Shown here one piece after another: positions 25,783 to 37,500 of a stretch of 64,000 nucleotides of DNA (positions within the stretch are counted from its first letter, which is position 1; each line of letters begins with the position of its first letter). The notes beneath the pieces were generated by a model. The model ran no database searches. It worked only from the letters and a program-made list of their open reading frames with translations, and was not told where the DNA came from. A program made the translations under genes and the position numbers. The DNA is from a virus: positions 9,749-73,748 of IMG/VR virus record IMGVR_UViG_3300044681_000098; one strand, given 5' to 3'.

Positions 25783-26832
25783 ATGGCAACCGCATTCAAA
25801 TCGTCAACGCCGACTCCAGGTAATACTGTTGGCGTTGCAAGCGAAGCATCTGGGTATAAGTTAAACGACTTAACGTACCCAGAAGACTTATTTGGAACAC
25901 TAGATTATGGTGGCAACTATGTTGTATTCTTTATCAATGTCTCCGAGGATTCAACTTTGTTGTCTAGTGGTGCATCGACTGCCTATAAAGGTGATGTGCC
26001 TCCTCGCCTTCGTGGTCAGGGTATTGCAGCAGCCGCAGATAAAAACGTCGTGACTGGTATAGCTACAGTTCTTGGTGCTACTGCTGGAACAGCATTAGGT
26101 AGTGGACCACTTGGTGCTGTTATTGCTGGTGGTGGAACTGCAGCAGTACCTACACCAGCTGGTGGTAAGTTAACAAGACCACAGAAAAGATTAGATACTG
26201 CTATTGCTTTATATATGCCTAACCAGTTGAATATTAGATATGGTGTTCAGTATGAAGAAGAAACTATGATGGTGTTGGCTGCAGCAGGTAAGGTTTCTGA
26301 GATTGTGAACAACGCAATCGGCGATGGTAACTTTGATGCAAAATCGGCAGGAAGTGCTGCTAGAAACTTCATAGCAAACCAAGCAATAAGTAAAGATGTT
26401 CCAGGTGCAGCTGCTGCAGCCTTTGGCGCAGGTGTTGCTGCAAACCCAAAGAAAGAACAAGTTTTCAAGGGTGTTGATTTTAGATCATTTCAGTTTAACT
26501 ACCAGTTCTTCCCAAGAAGCGAAACAGAAGCAAGGAAGGTTCTAGACATAATTCAAACATTCAAACTTCACATGCACCCAGAACTGAAGGGTGATGATGG
26601 CTTCTTATACATCTACCCATCAGAGTTTGATATTATGTATTTTAACGGTGGCAGTCAAAACGGAGCAGTCCATAAGCACACATCTTGTGTATTGAAAGAG
26701 ATGAACGTGAACTATTCTCCACAAGGGCAGTTCAATGCTTTCAAAAACGGCATGCCAGTTCAAATTAACATAGATATGACTTTCTTAGAACTTGGATTGC
26801 TTACCAAGAAAGAAATTCAAGAGGGGTTATAA
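25783..26832 (+). CDS. gp48: baseplate tail tube cap gp48-like
   Basis: IALYMP, NPKKEQVFKGVDFRSFQF and YPSEFDI; synteny before gp53. Confidence 0.85.
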   Translation: MATAFKSSTPTPGNTVGVASEASGYKLNDLTYPEDLFGTLDYGGNYVVFFINVSEDSTLLSSGASTAYKGDVPPRLRGQGIAAAADKNVVTGIATVLGATAGTALGSGPLGAVIAGGGTAAVPTPAGGKLTRPQKRLDTAIALYMPNQLNIRYGVQYEEETMMVLAAAGKVSEIVNNAIGDGNFDAKSAGSAARNFIANQAISKDVPGAAAAAFGAGVAANPKKEQVFKGVDFRSFQFNYQFFPRSETEARKVLDIIQTFKLHMHPELKGDDGFLYIYPSEFDIMYFNGGSQNGAVHKHTSCVLKEMNVNYSPQGQFNAFKNGMPVQINIDMTFLELGLLTKKEIQEGL

Positions 26833-27329
26833 TGGCATACTTTTCAAAATTCCCATCAATCTATTACGACTTCAATTACGGTAAGAATGATACCAGACTA
26901 CAAGTATTACGAGACATCACAATAAATGTTAGGCTACAGAAAGATGTTCTTACCAATGTTGTTGCTTATGATTGGTACGACATAAAAGATGGAGAGACAC
27001 CTGAGATTCTAGCACACAAGTGGTATGGTCATGCGGAATATCATTGGATCATTATGATCGCAAATGAGAAGTATGATTACATCGCAGACTTCCCAATGGA
27101 TGTTGTGTCATTAGAAAAATACATTGACGACAAATACGGAGTAACTAAAGATGATGTTCACCATTATCTAGACTCTAATGGTTACATTGTCGATCCATTC
27201 TCGAATGGAACACCTGTTAGTAACTACCAATATGAATTTGATCTGAACGATAAAAAACGTAGAGTTAAAATGATTAGACCTGAGTATATTAATACTATCG
27301 TCACGACTCTTGATAAACTGGTTTCCTAA
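26832..27329 (+). CDS. gp53: baseplate wedge gp53
   Basis: YFSKFP, GETPEILAHKWYG...HWII (LysM-like) and NDKKR. Confidence 0.88.
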   Translation: MAYFSKFPSIYYDFNYGKNDTRLQVLRDITINVRLQKDVLTNVVAYDWYDIKDGETPEILAHKWYGHAEYHWIIMIANEKYDYIADFPMDVVSLEKYIDDKYGVTKDDVHHYLDSNGYIVDPFSNGTPVSNYQYEFDLNDKKRRVKMIRPEYINTIVTTLDKLVS

Positions 27330-27340
27330 GGTAATATTTA

Positions 27341-28657
27341 ATGGCTGAGATTAATACAACTGATGTTTCTCCAAATAAGTTAAGATTTGGTGGCGACGTC
27401 AACATCAGTGATGCTACTATCCTTAGCAAGAATGCATCATTGAATGTGGCGAACATGATCAAACGTATTGAGTTGTTTGAGGATGTATATTCACCATTCA
27501 TTACTGGTTCTATTGTCATCCAAGATTCTTTGGATATGCTTAACTACTTCCCATTTGTTGGTGAAGAGTATATCCGTCTGAAAATATTTACCCCAACATT
27601 TGACTCAGACCCAAAGAGGACTATTGATGATACCTTTTACATATATAAAATGACAGACCACACAATCAGTGGTGACAATCAAATTGTTTATGCTTTACAC
27701 TTTATAAACATTGATGTTATTAAAGATGTTAACACTAAACTTAGTATCCCACTTGAGGGTAGCTGTAGCGATATTGTTAAAAATTTGCTAACAAGCGAAT
27801 ATGGTCTAAAGAGTTCAAAGCAAATTGCTACTTGGGAACAGACAAACAATAATATTAAATTTATTGCTTGCAACTGGAACCCTGTTAAGGCGATCAATTT
27901 TGTTTGTAAAAACTCACAGAGTGGTCCAAGATCGGACTTCGTGTTCTTTGAGAATAGGTATGGTTATAATTTTTCTACGATAGGTAACCTAATCTCTTCT
28001 CAATCACAACCATTTCAAGAGTTCACTGTTGCGAAACAAGTTAGGGATCAGAACGCAGGTGCTTCTGTGAAAAATCCAGAACTTGATTATAAGAAAACTA
28101 TTGATTACAAACTACCAGTCGGTTTTGATTACATCGACAGAATCACTAGTGGTTCCATTGCTTCAAAACTAATAACTTATGATTATGTTACCAAGAAGTA
28201 TACTAATCTCTCTTGGTCAACCCCAGAAAATTATGATAAGTTTCCACACTTGAATGAATTCAAACCATTTAGTTCTTCGCTAGCATTTAATACTAGTGGC
28301 ACTCAAATGCTTGATGCCAAACACTATGGAATCTTTAACGGATATGGTGATATATCCAATACTAAAAATATGCAAGCACGAGTTGCTATGATGAAGTTGT
28401 ATGAATACTTTAAGGTTGAGTTAACAGTTAGGGGAAGAACAGATTATACGGTTGGTATGAGAGTTAACTTAAAAGTTCCTGCACGTGAACCAGTAAGGTC
28501 TGATACCCCACCGCAGGACTCTATTGATAAAATGTTCTCTGGTGATTATTTGGTCACTGCTTTGAATCACATTATTACTCCAGAATCACATGAGTGTGTT
28601 ATGGAAGTCGTTAAGGATTCGTTAATATTTAATTTGGATGGGATGAGACAACAATGA
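27341..28657 (+). CDS. baseplate hub protein (gp27-like)
   Basis: EDVYSPFITG, FFENRYGYNF and SGDYLVTALNH; position directly before gp5. Confidence 0.7.
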   Translation: MAEINTTDVSPNKLRFGGDVNISDATILSKNASLNVANMIKRIELFEDVYSPFITGSIVIQDSLDMLNYFPFVGEEYIRLKIFTPTFDSDPKRTIDDTFYIYKMTDHTISGDNQIVYALHFINIDVIKDVNTKLSIPLEGSCSDIVKNLLTSEYGLKSSKQIATWEQTNNNIKFIACNWNPVKAINFVCKNSQSGPRSDFVFFENRYGYNFSTIGNLISSQSQPFQEFTVAKQVRDQNAGASVKNPELDYKKTIDYKLPVGFDYIDRITSGSIASKLITYDYVTKKYTNLSWSTPENYDKFPHLNEFKPFSSSLAFNTSGTQMLDAKHYGIFNGYGDISNTKNMQARVAMMKLYEYFKVELTVRGRTDYTVGMRVNLKVPAREPVRSDTPPQDSIDKMFSGDYLVTALNHIITPESHECVMEVVKDSLIFNLDGMRQQ

Positions 28658-31344
28658 GACTTTATGTTGGTGTAGTTGAAAATAGATTAGATCCGCTCAA
28701 ACTTGGTAGATGCCAAGTTAGGGTTGTTGGTATTCACGACCCAAGAAAGGCAGTATTGCCTACTGACCAATTGCCATGGGCTATGCCGATGCAGCCTTTG
28801 GTTTCTGCTGGTATAAGCGGAATTGGTCACGCACCTGTCGGTCCAGTTGAAGGAACAACAGTCATTTGTGCGTTTCAGGATGAAGATACACAGTTTCCTA
28901 TTATCCTTGGTTCGCTTGGTGGTATTCCTCAGAAGGAAGGTAAAATTGAAGAGGATCTTGGTACTCTCAGCACAGGAACACCGAACACAACTACCACTTA
29001 CGACAGTTCAGGTAATATCATCCAAAGTGGAACACCTTCTGATGCCCCTGTTAAAGAAGAACCACCAGCTAAAGATCAGGTAGTTGATCCAAACCAAACA
29101 CCTGGTCTTGGAAAGCCAGGAAATCAATACACAACTATCTCAAGTGCTGCTATTGAACTAATTAAAAAGGGTGAAGGTCTTGCTAAGAAGATTGGTAACA
29201 ATCAGGTTCAAGCATATCCAGATCCAGGTACAGGTGGTAAACCTTGGACTATTGGCTACGGTACTACGAGAATTAACGGTCAAGAGGTTCAGCCTGGACA
29301 AGTTATTACTATCGCTGAAGCAGAAAGAATTTTCACTGAACAAGTAAAGTCTGTCTACTTACCAGCAGTCACAAGCAGAGTACGTGGTGTTGTGACCCAA
29401 AGTATGATCGATGCTATGGTTTCATTGACATATAATATTGGTGCTGGTAACTTCGCAAAGTCAAGTGTTCTACGAGAAGTGAATGCAGGAAACTATGAAG
29501 CTGCAGCTAACGCATTTTCTTCTTGGAATAAAGCAGCAGGAAAGGTTTTAGCTGGATTGACAAAAAGACGAGATGAAGAAGCACGTCTATTCTTAAAAGA
29601 TGGCATTCCAGGGAAGGGTAAAGCAGTACAGACGCAGGATGATAGACCACCAGTAGACTCACCGACACAAAGTGGTGCTCCGTCAACTGGTACAGGTTCT
29701 GGTGCAAATACAACCAGCAACCCTTCTAGTGAATTTGGATTTAGAGACCCCAACAACAAATACCCACTATACACTAATGAGCCAGATACCAATAGATTGG
29801 CTAGACATGAGACTATTGAAAACACAGTAGTATATTCTAAGGAAGCAGCAAGGGTTAAGGGTGTCGAAACTGCTAGGGGTAAAACATGGGATCAATCTCC
29901 TGTTCCTTACAACGCAGAGTATCCTTGGAATAAGACTTTTGAATCCGAGAGTGGGCATATCATGGAGTTTGATGATACGCCTGAAGCAGAGCGTGTTCAT
30001 CTATATCACAAGAAGGGAACTTTCTTTGAGATCGACCACAACGGAACTAGAGTAACTAGAGTTGTTGGTGACGACTATTTGATTCTCGAACGAAACGGAA
30101 AGATTGCAGTTTTTGGTAACGTAGATGTTACCGTTGAGGGTGCGCTAAACGTATTAGTTCAAAACTCTGCTAATGTTGATATTAGCGGAAGCATGAATAT
30201 CAATGTTTACAATGATGCAAACATTAACGTAGCAGGTGACGCAAAGTTACGTGCAGCAGGCAACCTCGACATAAAGGCAGATAACATTCACATAGAATCT
30301 GAAGGTGACTTCTTTGTTAAATCAGGTGGGTTGGTCAATATTGAATCTAGTGATGGTATGAACTTAAAGTCTGGTGCCTATTTAGGTGCGCTTTCTTCAG
30401 GAAACATGTATCACAAAACCAGTGGGGCATACTATGCCACTTCAGGTGCTGGCATGGATTTGAAAGCAGGTGGTTTGTTTAGAGCAGATTACTCTAAGGG
30501 TAACTTCGGTATGGGTGCTTCCTCAGCACCTAGTGCTAATGGATCTGAGTCAGCGTCAGATCTTGGTTCTATTGGTAAGCGTGAAACAACTGAACCAGAA
30601 ATTTCTGAACTCAAAGTTAACAGCAGACAAGAAAGAGCTGCTAAACGATATGAGACTGAAGACGATGAGGGTGGCGACAGAGAAGAGTTTATTAAAGAGC
30701 AAACTAGAAGTGGTGCCATCGATCCTACCGAACAAGGTAAACCAAACCCAGCAGCTACTCCTGCTGAAGAATCTACACCTAAAGCAAACCAAATTCAACC
30801 TAAGGGTGCTAAGTGTGATATGATTTATGGTATGACTACATTCCCACGTGATATGAAACTGTCTAAGTATTTCACTGTCAATGACATGACTAAAGGATTC
30901 ACACGACCTATCGCTGATTGTAACGGAAAGTCTGCGCAGGAGATTGCGTGTAACCTTAAAGGTGTTTGCGAAAACGTCATGGATGTCATCAAAGCGAAAT
31001 ATCCAGGTCTTACCATTACAAGCGCATTTAGAAGACCAGGAGATATTAGCGTCGGCGCATTAGAGAAGTCGCAGCACACAGCTGGTCAGGCTGTTGATTT
31101 TGCTATTGCTGGATTTAGTAGAAAACAACACTTTGAGGCAGTTCAGTGGATTCAACAAGCAGTTCCATACGACCAACTTATCTTAGAGTATGATGCTAAG
31201 TCTACTGTTTGGATTCACGTTAGTTACACGTATGGTCAACTACGTAGAATGCACTTCACAATGTATCACCATGTTAGAACTGGTAAGATGGGGCAGTTTA
31301 TTTACATCCCAGAAGGTTCTACTGATATTCCTCCGAGGGTCTAA
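28654..31344 (+). CDS. gp5: baseplate spike gp5: OB-fold, lysozyme, beta-helix and C-terminal M15 peptidase
   Basis: GVVENRLDPLKLGRCQVRV; EG...DP...WTIGYG; ESESGHIMEFDDTP; SAFR, SQH...AVD, DQLILE and WIHVS. Confidence 0.9.
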   Translation: MRLYVGVVENRLDPLKLGRCQVRVVGIHDPRKAVLPTDQLPWAMPMQPLVSAGISGIGHAPVGPVEGTTVICAFQDEDTQFPIILGSLGGIPQKEGKIEEDLGTLSTGTPNTTTTYDSSGNIIQSGTPSDAPVKEEPPAKDQVVDPNQTPGLGKPGNQYTTISSAAIELIKKGEGLAKKIGNNQVQAYPDPGTGGKPWTIGYGTTRINGQEVQPGQVITIAEAERIFTEQVKSVYLPAVTSRVRGVVTQSMIDAMVSLTYNIGAGNFAKSSVLREVNAGNYEAAANAFSSWNKAAGKVLAGLTKRRDEEARLFLKDGIPGKGKAVQTQDDRPPVDSPTQSGAPSTGTGSGANTTSNPSSEFGFRDPNNKYPLYTNEPDTNRLARHETIENTVVYSKEAARVKGVETARGKTWDQSPVPYNAEYPWNKTFESESGHIMEFDDTPEAERVHLYHKKGTFFEIDHNGTRVTRVVGDDYLILERNGKIAVFGNVDVTVEGALNVLVQNSANVDISGSMNINVYNDANINVAGDAKLRAAGNLDIKADNIHIESEGDFFVKSGGLVNIESSDGMNLKSGAYLGALSSGNMYHKTSGAYYATSGAGMDLKAGGLFRADYSKGNFGMGASSAPSANGSESASDLGSIGKRETTEPEISELKVNSRQERAAKRYETEDDEGGDREEFIKEQTRSGAIDPTEQGKPNPAATPAEESTPKANQIQPKGAKCDMIYGMTTFPRDMKLSKYFTVNDMTKGFTRPIADCNGKSAQEIACNLKGVCENVMDVIKAKYPGLTITSAFRRPGDISVGALEKSQHTAGQAVDFAIAGFSRKQHFEAVQWIQQAVPYDQLILEYDAKSTVWIHVSYTYGQLRRMHFTMYHHVRTGKMGQFIYIPEGSTDIPPRV

Positions 31345-31346
31345 TT

Positions 31347-32039
31347 ATGGGTATTGTGAAGGCTACAATAACATATGATGACAGTTACCCAACTGGTAAT
31401 CCTGAATACTTTTATGGACCATTGGGGCAAGATCCATCTGCAGGCGCATCCCCTAGACTGTTGTCAGTTTATGAGATTCTTGATACTTGGAAAGTCACTA
31501 TTCTGTATACGTATTGGGAAACTTTGTTGCAAGAGATTGAGAAACCAGATGTCCCAACAGACATCATTAGTGTTACTTCTAGTTTAGACGCACAAGGTGT
31601 GAAGTTTGAGATAGACAATACTGGAGTTAGGGGTGTTCTTACAATTAGTGGGACTTACTCTGGTATCTTTGAGCAGAGACAATACGATCTTAGGATGGTT
31701 AATGATTCACTATTGATTGACGCTGATTTGGAAACTGTTGGTGATGATTATTATGCTCCATTTAACTACATACCAGACCTAAGAATTTGGTTAGAACAGG
31801 ACATAACAGTTAAGGTTAAGGTTGACGATCCACTCACTGGCGAGGAAACATTTGATTGGAATATTAAACAAACCGTCCTAAATAATTGGGAAGCTAACAG
31901 AAAACGACTAATTCAGATTAGGGATAACCTAAACCGAGAAGAAGAAAAAGAAGCTAACAGATATCAAGCCACTGCTCTATCGGATGAAACTATTCTCCCT
32001 GATGCTGATGGTGTGACTCCAGTAACTAAGTTGAGGTAA
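31347..32039 (+). CDS. hypothetical baseplate-region protein
   Basis: ORF between gp5 and PAAR. Confidence 0.7.
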   Translation: MGIVKATITYDDSYPTGNPEYFYGPLGQDPSAGASPRLLSVYEILDTWKVTILYTYWETLLQEIEKPDVPTDIISVTSSLDAQGVKFEIDNTGVRGVLTISGTYSGIFEQRQYDLRMVNDSLLIDADLETVGDDYYAPFNYIPDLRIWLEQDITVKVKVDDPLTGEETFDWNIKQTVLNNWEANRKRLIQIRDNLNREEEKEANRYQATALSDETILPDADGVTPVTKLR

Positions 32040-32041
32040 AA

Positions 32042-32335
32042 ATGCCAGCAATTGCTTTACAAGGTGGTAGATCTACAGGGCACGGATGTTTCCCACCAAA
32101 GAGTGCTCTTGGACCATATACGACAAAAACCTATGTCAATGGCGTTCCTTGTCAGCGCATAGGAACTGCTTATGGACCAGTACACAATTGTGGTAAGTCT
32201 GTTCATGGGATGGGTGGTGTCGTATCAGGTTCTTCTAAGAATTTGATGGAAGGTTCTCCAGTCGTTAGAATCGGCGATAAGATCGCTTGTGGCGATATGG
32301 TCGCCAAAGGATCTTCCAACACGTTTTTCGCATAA
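32042..32335 (+). CDS. PAAR spike tip protein (gp5.4-like)
   Basis: GHGCFPP, His/Cys metal ligands and PVVRIGDKIACG. Confidence 0.88.
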   Translation: MPAIALQGGRSTGHGCFPPKSALGPYTTKTYVNGVPCQRIGTAYGPVHNCGKSVHGMGGVVSGSSKNLMEGSPVVRIGDKIACGDMVAKGSSNTFFA

Positions 32336-32350
32336 GGTAATAAATAAAAG

Positions 32351-32743
32351 ATGGCTACTGCAACTAAGATTTTCACCGATTTGGATTTGTCGTTCATACC
32401 ACATCCATTGACAGGGGATATCGTAAAACGAACTAACGAGAATGCAGTAAAGGCATCACTAAGAAATTTATTGCAGACGAATAACTACGAGAGAAGGTTT
32501 CATCCTGAAATCGGAACTCCATTAAGACAATTACTATTTAAGAACGCAGACCCTTTAACTAGAGCGATGGTTGAGAGGGCTATTACAGATACCGTAAGAA
32601 ATTACGAACCAAGAGTTACCCTCACGGCAGTTGATGTCAATTTCTCCCCAGACAATAATTCGATTATGATTAGGGTCGAATTTAAGATCTTGAATACGTC
32701 AACAATCCAGAGACTCAATTTAACTTTAGAGAGAACACGATAA
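32351..32743 (+). CDS. gp25: baseplate wedge/sheath initiator gp25
   Basis: DLDLSF, AVKASLRNLL, ERRFHPEIG and YEPRV. Confidence 0.92.
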   Translation: MATATKIFTDLDLSFIPHPLTGDIVKRTNENAVKASLRNLLQTNNYERRFHPEIGTPLRQLLFKNADPLTRAMVERAITDTVRNYEPRVTLTAVDVNFSPDNNSIMIRVEFKILNTSTIQRLNLTLERTR

Positions 32744-34597
32744 ATGGCTGTCGATAATAAAAGAATTAGAGTTGGCGAGCTAGATTTTGACGGAATCAAG
32801 CAGAACCTAAAAACATACCTACAAGGTCAATCTGAGTTTTCGGATTATGACTTCGAAGGTTCTGGTATGTCTGTCTTGCTGGATGTATTAGCGTATAACA
32901 CTCACTATAATGCTTTGTATACCAACCTAGCTATTAATGAGATGTTTTTGGATTCAGCAGCAAAACGATCAAGCATCACATCAATCGCTTCTATGCTTGG
33001 TTACACTCCTAGGTCAGCAATTGGTTCAAGAGCATTAGTTAATGTTACCGTAACCAACGTGCCAAATAACCCACCTGTTCTTTATATCCCAACACTTCAG
33101 CCATTTCCAGCTAGTGGTTCTTTTAGCAATACATATGGTGCATATAATTTCTACAACCTAAATGCTGCAGTTGCCCAAAGAACAGAAAGCAACACATACG
33201 TATTTCAGAATGTAGAAATCATCGAAGGTACTCCGCTAACATATAGATTCTTAGTTGAAGAGAATACTCAATACATTCTCCCAAATGATAATGTTGATAC
33301 GTCAACCATTAGGGTTCGTGTTCAAGATTCTCCAGATGCTCCAACATACGTTTCTTATTCTCTGAATACCTCCGTCGTCAACACAACAAATAAAACAAAG
33401 ATTTTCTTCTTAAAAGAAATTGAAGGTGGTAGATTCCAAATTTACTTTGGTGATGGTGTTGTTTCAGAAAAACCAAGCGTTGGTAACATTGTAACTGTAG
33501 AATATATGACTGTGAATGGTGATGCAGTCAATAATGTTAGAATCTTCACTTATGGTGGAACATCAATTGGTGGTGGTATTGCTTCGGTGACGACTGTTCA
33601 ACCATCTTCTGGTGGATCTCCTGCAGAAACTAATGAGAGCGTTAGGTTCAATGCAGTTAGAGCGTTTGCTGCTCAGAATAGAACAGTCACTGCTGAAGAC
33701 TATAAGATTATCATCCCTCAGCTATATCCAAACATTGATACCATTTCTGTTTGGGGTGGTGAAGAAAACGACCCACCTATTTACGGTAAGGTGTTCATCT
33801 GTATTAAACCAAAGACTGGTAGTGTGCTTTCGGCTGCAGCAAAAAGCAATTTGATTGAAACAATATTGACGTCAAGAAACGTCGTTTCAATCACACCAAC
33901 AATTATCGATCCAACGTATTTGGATATTGTCCTAGAGGTTAACTACTACTTCAATCAGCTTAAAACAAAATACTCTGAATCTACTTTAACCTCTTTGGTT
34001 AAGGATACGATATCATCATACAACTCAACTGAACTAAAATCTTTTGATTCGGTATTCAGACTATCAAGATTGCAAAGGTTGATTGACACAACTGAGGACG
34101 CAATTGTTTCGTCAGTTGTTAGAGTTAAACTCAACAGAAGTATTGTTCCAAACTTTACTACAAACTCATCCTATACGATTAACTTCCACAACCCAATCTA
34201 TAATGAGCCAGGAAGCACAGCTGGTAGTAACGTAACTTCTACTTCGTTCACTATTAGTGGGCAGACCAATAACTACTTCTTTGATGACGACACTCAGGGT
34301 AACTTAAGATTATTCTATCTGGCTACTGATGGACAAAGAGTTTACGTAGACAACGCTGCTGGTAGTATCGATTACGGTTTAGGTAAGATTGTTATTAACA
34401 GTATTAACATCTCTTCTGCTGTCAATGATATTTTGACATTCACAGTAGAACCATCTTCTTATGATGTAATCTCTGTTAGAGACCAATTGGTTAGAATTGA
34501 TGAGGCAAGAACTTTAGTGTATGGAATTCCAGATAGAGTTGCTTCAGGTGAATATGTAAGTGGATCTAATTATATCTTCACGCCAAATAGGAATTAA
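32744..34597 (+). CDS. gp6: baseplate wedge gp6
   Basis: LDFDGIKQNLKTYL, DYDFEGSG, AQNRTVTAEDY and WGGEENDPP.YGKVFI. Confidence 0.95.
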   Translation: MAVDNKRIRVGELDFDGIKQNLKTYLQGQSEFSDYDFEGSGMSVLLDVLAYNTHYNALYTNLAINEMFLDSAAKRSSITSIASMLGYTPRSAIGSRALVNVTVTNVPNNPPVLYIPTLQPFPASGSFSNTYGAYNFYNLNAAVAQRTESNTYVFQNVEIIEGTPLTYRFLVEENTQYILPNDNVDTSTIRVRVQDSPDAPTYVSYSLNTSVVNTTNKTKIFFLKEIEGGRFQIYFGDGVVSEKPSVGNIVTVEYMTVNGDAVNNVRIFTYGGTSIGGGIASVTTVQPSSGGSPAETNESVRFNAVRAFAAQNRTVTAEDYKIIIPQLYPNIDTISVWGGEENDPPIYGKVFICIKPKTGSVLSAAAKSNLIETILTSRNVVSITPTIIDPTYLDIVLEVNYYFNQLKTKYSESTLTSLVKDTISSYNSTELKSFDSVFRLSRLQRLIDTTEDAIVSSVVRVKLNRSIVPNFTTNSSYTINFHNPIYNEPGSTAGSNVTSTSFTISGQTNNYFFDDDTQGNLRLFYLATDGQRVYVDNAAGSIDYGLGKIVINSINISSAVNDILTFTVEPSSYDVISVRDQLVRIDEARTLVYGIPDRVASGEYVSGSNYIFTPNRN

Positions 34598-34599
34598 TA

Positions 34600-37500
34600 A
34601 TGGCATCTCTAGTCAAGGCTAAAGTATCAGCTGTAGTATCCCAACAACTACCAGAGTTTGTTAGGGAAGACCACCCACAGTTCAGCGTATTCTTAAAAGC
34701 ATACTATGAGTGGTTGGAACAGAACTACCCAATGAGAGAATTGGAGTCGATCATGAGCATCGACTCGACATTAGATGAGTATGTTGAATACTTTGCTGAT
34801 CAATTAATGCACCTGATGCCGAAGGCAATGGTAGCAGATAGAAGATTGGTTCTTAAACACGCTAAAGATTTGTACTTAGCTAAGGGAACTCCTGGCTCGT
34901 ATGAACTGTTATTCAAGTTGATGTTTAATGAGACCCCACAGCAGATCTATTATCCTAAGAGGGATATGCTTAGAATCTCTGATGGTAAGTGGTCTTCTAA
35001 TAGAGTTATCAGAGCAGTTCAAATTTATGACAACAATGGAACACCTACTACATTAGAAGGTGAGTCCTTTGAGCTAGTTGGTCAAACAATTTACCAAGAT
35101 GCTTATAGTGGATTGGACAAACCTGCTAGTGCTAGGGTTGAGTCAATCATTAAGTACTATGTTGGCACAGCACTAATCAATGAGATCACAATCTCAGAAG
35201 AAGGTATTCTTGGATTCTTCGAGCCAAATCAGTTAATCTACGGAACATCAAACGTAACAGGGCAAAGGGTTGAACTGTATGTTCTTCCTTTTATCTCTAA
35301 AGTCACAATCGACCACCCAGGAAAGTATTATTCTCCTGGTGATCTGCTATCAGTTATAAGTGGTGATGGCTCTGGATTTAGAGCGGAAGTTTCCTCAATC
35401 CAGAACGGATCTGTTTCTAGAGTTGAAGTAGTCACAGGTGGTGAGGGTCACTACGTTGGACAGCCTGTTGTATTCGATAACACTGATGCAGGTTATGGTG
35501 GGTCATCCTCAGTTGAAACTGCAACAGCTTATGTTAGCGAAGTTGAGTATGGTTACTTCATGTTGGAAGATACAGATCGTTGGGCACCATCGACAAACTA
35601 TTTCTCAACTGGTGCAAGAATTGTTTATGATGGATCTGAATATCAGGTAACAACAACTGGTAGAACATCTGACACTACTCCACCATCCCATTTATATGGA
35701 ACAGCATACAACGGAACAGTTGCATTAAAATATGTAGGCACTGCATCAGGTAGATTAGTTTCAGAAGATGAATACCCTATCTCCCTTGAAAGAGATCGTG
35801 TCTACAGAATTGATGAGTTCGGTAATTATATCGGAACTGATACATCATCTGATTCAGAGATAATTGAGTATAGATCTACAGGAGCAGTAAAGGCTGTTAA
35901 ATTAACTTATGGCGGAAAACACTATAACAAACTTCCTAAGGCATATACAGCAACTGATTACATCAGTGCTATTTCAACTCCAGCTGGTGACGATGCGACT
36001 GTCAATGTCACTACTGTGTTACCTCATGGACTAACCCAAGGTGACACTATCGTATTGGTTGGAACTGTTAAGGGTGTCGCAGATGGAACATACGTTGTTA
36101 GCGCTGTCGTTGACTTATATAACTTCAAATACATAGCACCATCCGTAACAAAGTTGACTGGTAACTTACAGAAGTTTGGATATAAACAATACTTCTACCC
36201 TATTAGACAGAACGCCAATTTACAAAGCAGCAAGGTTAAACTCAAACCCCTATCTGAAACTATTGGTGCTGTTACCGATATTGTGGTTGCTAACTTCGGT
36301 TACAATTACAATACTGCAGTATTACATCTACCAACAGTTATGCAAGTTGAGGACACTGTTGGTATATTCTTGAATGGTGAAACTGTTGAGATTCAATCGC
36401 AGACATTTGCTCTGGAGATTACTGGTGATGAATTCCTTTTAGAGAATGGTCAACCATTCGAACTTGAAAATCAATTAACATCATCAGGTATCGTTAAAGC
36501 GTTCGATCGTGATACAAATGTTTTGCAGTTATCGCCTTCTGATGTAACATTCAGAAACAGAGGAAGAATTGTAGGGCAAACAAGTGGTGCTTCTGCCAAA
36601 ATTCTAGACGTTAACACTGGTCTTGTTACACCTATTATTGCAGGTAATGGTCTAACGGCAGGTAAGTTTACTAACTCAGATGGTAAAGTTTCTGATGCGT
36701 CTAAACGTATTCAAGACAGCTTCTACTATCAAGATTACTCGTATGTTATTCGTATTGGTCAATCTGTAAACAAATATCGTGACGCTGTTAAGAAACTTCT
36801 ACACCCAGTTGGTCTTGCGCTGTTCGGTGAAGTTAGTTTGATTAATGCAGTTAGAGCATTAATGCGAATCATGAATGACAACAAAGCTGTATTGACAAGC
36901 ATTGTTGATACGCAATCTAGAGCTTCTATGCTAGCTGTTGGTAATTGGCAAGAAGAAACATATAGAGTCCTCTATGAGAACTCTGATGTCCTTAATCATC
37001 TAAGTTTAGAAGGTGGTTATCTAGAAAGATTTGTGACTGAGGATGGAAAAGATAGAATCATTTCTGAAGAAAACAACATCTTTATCACGGAACGTAGTGA
37101 TGAGGATGGTAGAATTCTTCTATTAGAGAATGGTGATAAGTTCAACTCAGAAGAGCAAATCTCTATCTTTGAACCTGAGCACGTCTTAGGTGAAACTTAT
37201 AATTTCTTCCGTTTAGAGAACGACAATACTCATACTAAGTCTAGAAACCCAGATAAGAGAAAAGAGCAGTGGATTCTTAGATTAGAGGACTTCGTTCCTT
37301 CTTACTACGATTCAGATACGTTGAAACTTGAGACTGCTGCGCTCAATAATGATGGTGTGCTTGCTGATGATGGTAATGATCTATTGCTAGAAGATGGTGG
37401 AAGAATCTTAAATCAGATTCAGCTATCAAAACCTGCACCAAGTATGCGTGTTCTGCAGTCCGAGATGTTGCCACCAGTTATTATTCCAGAGATGGATATC

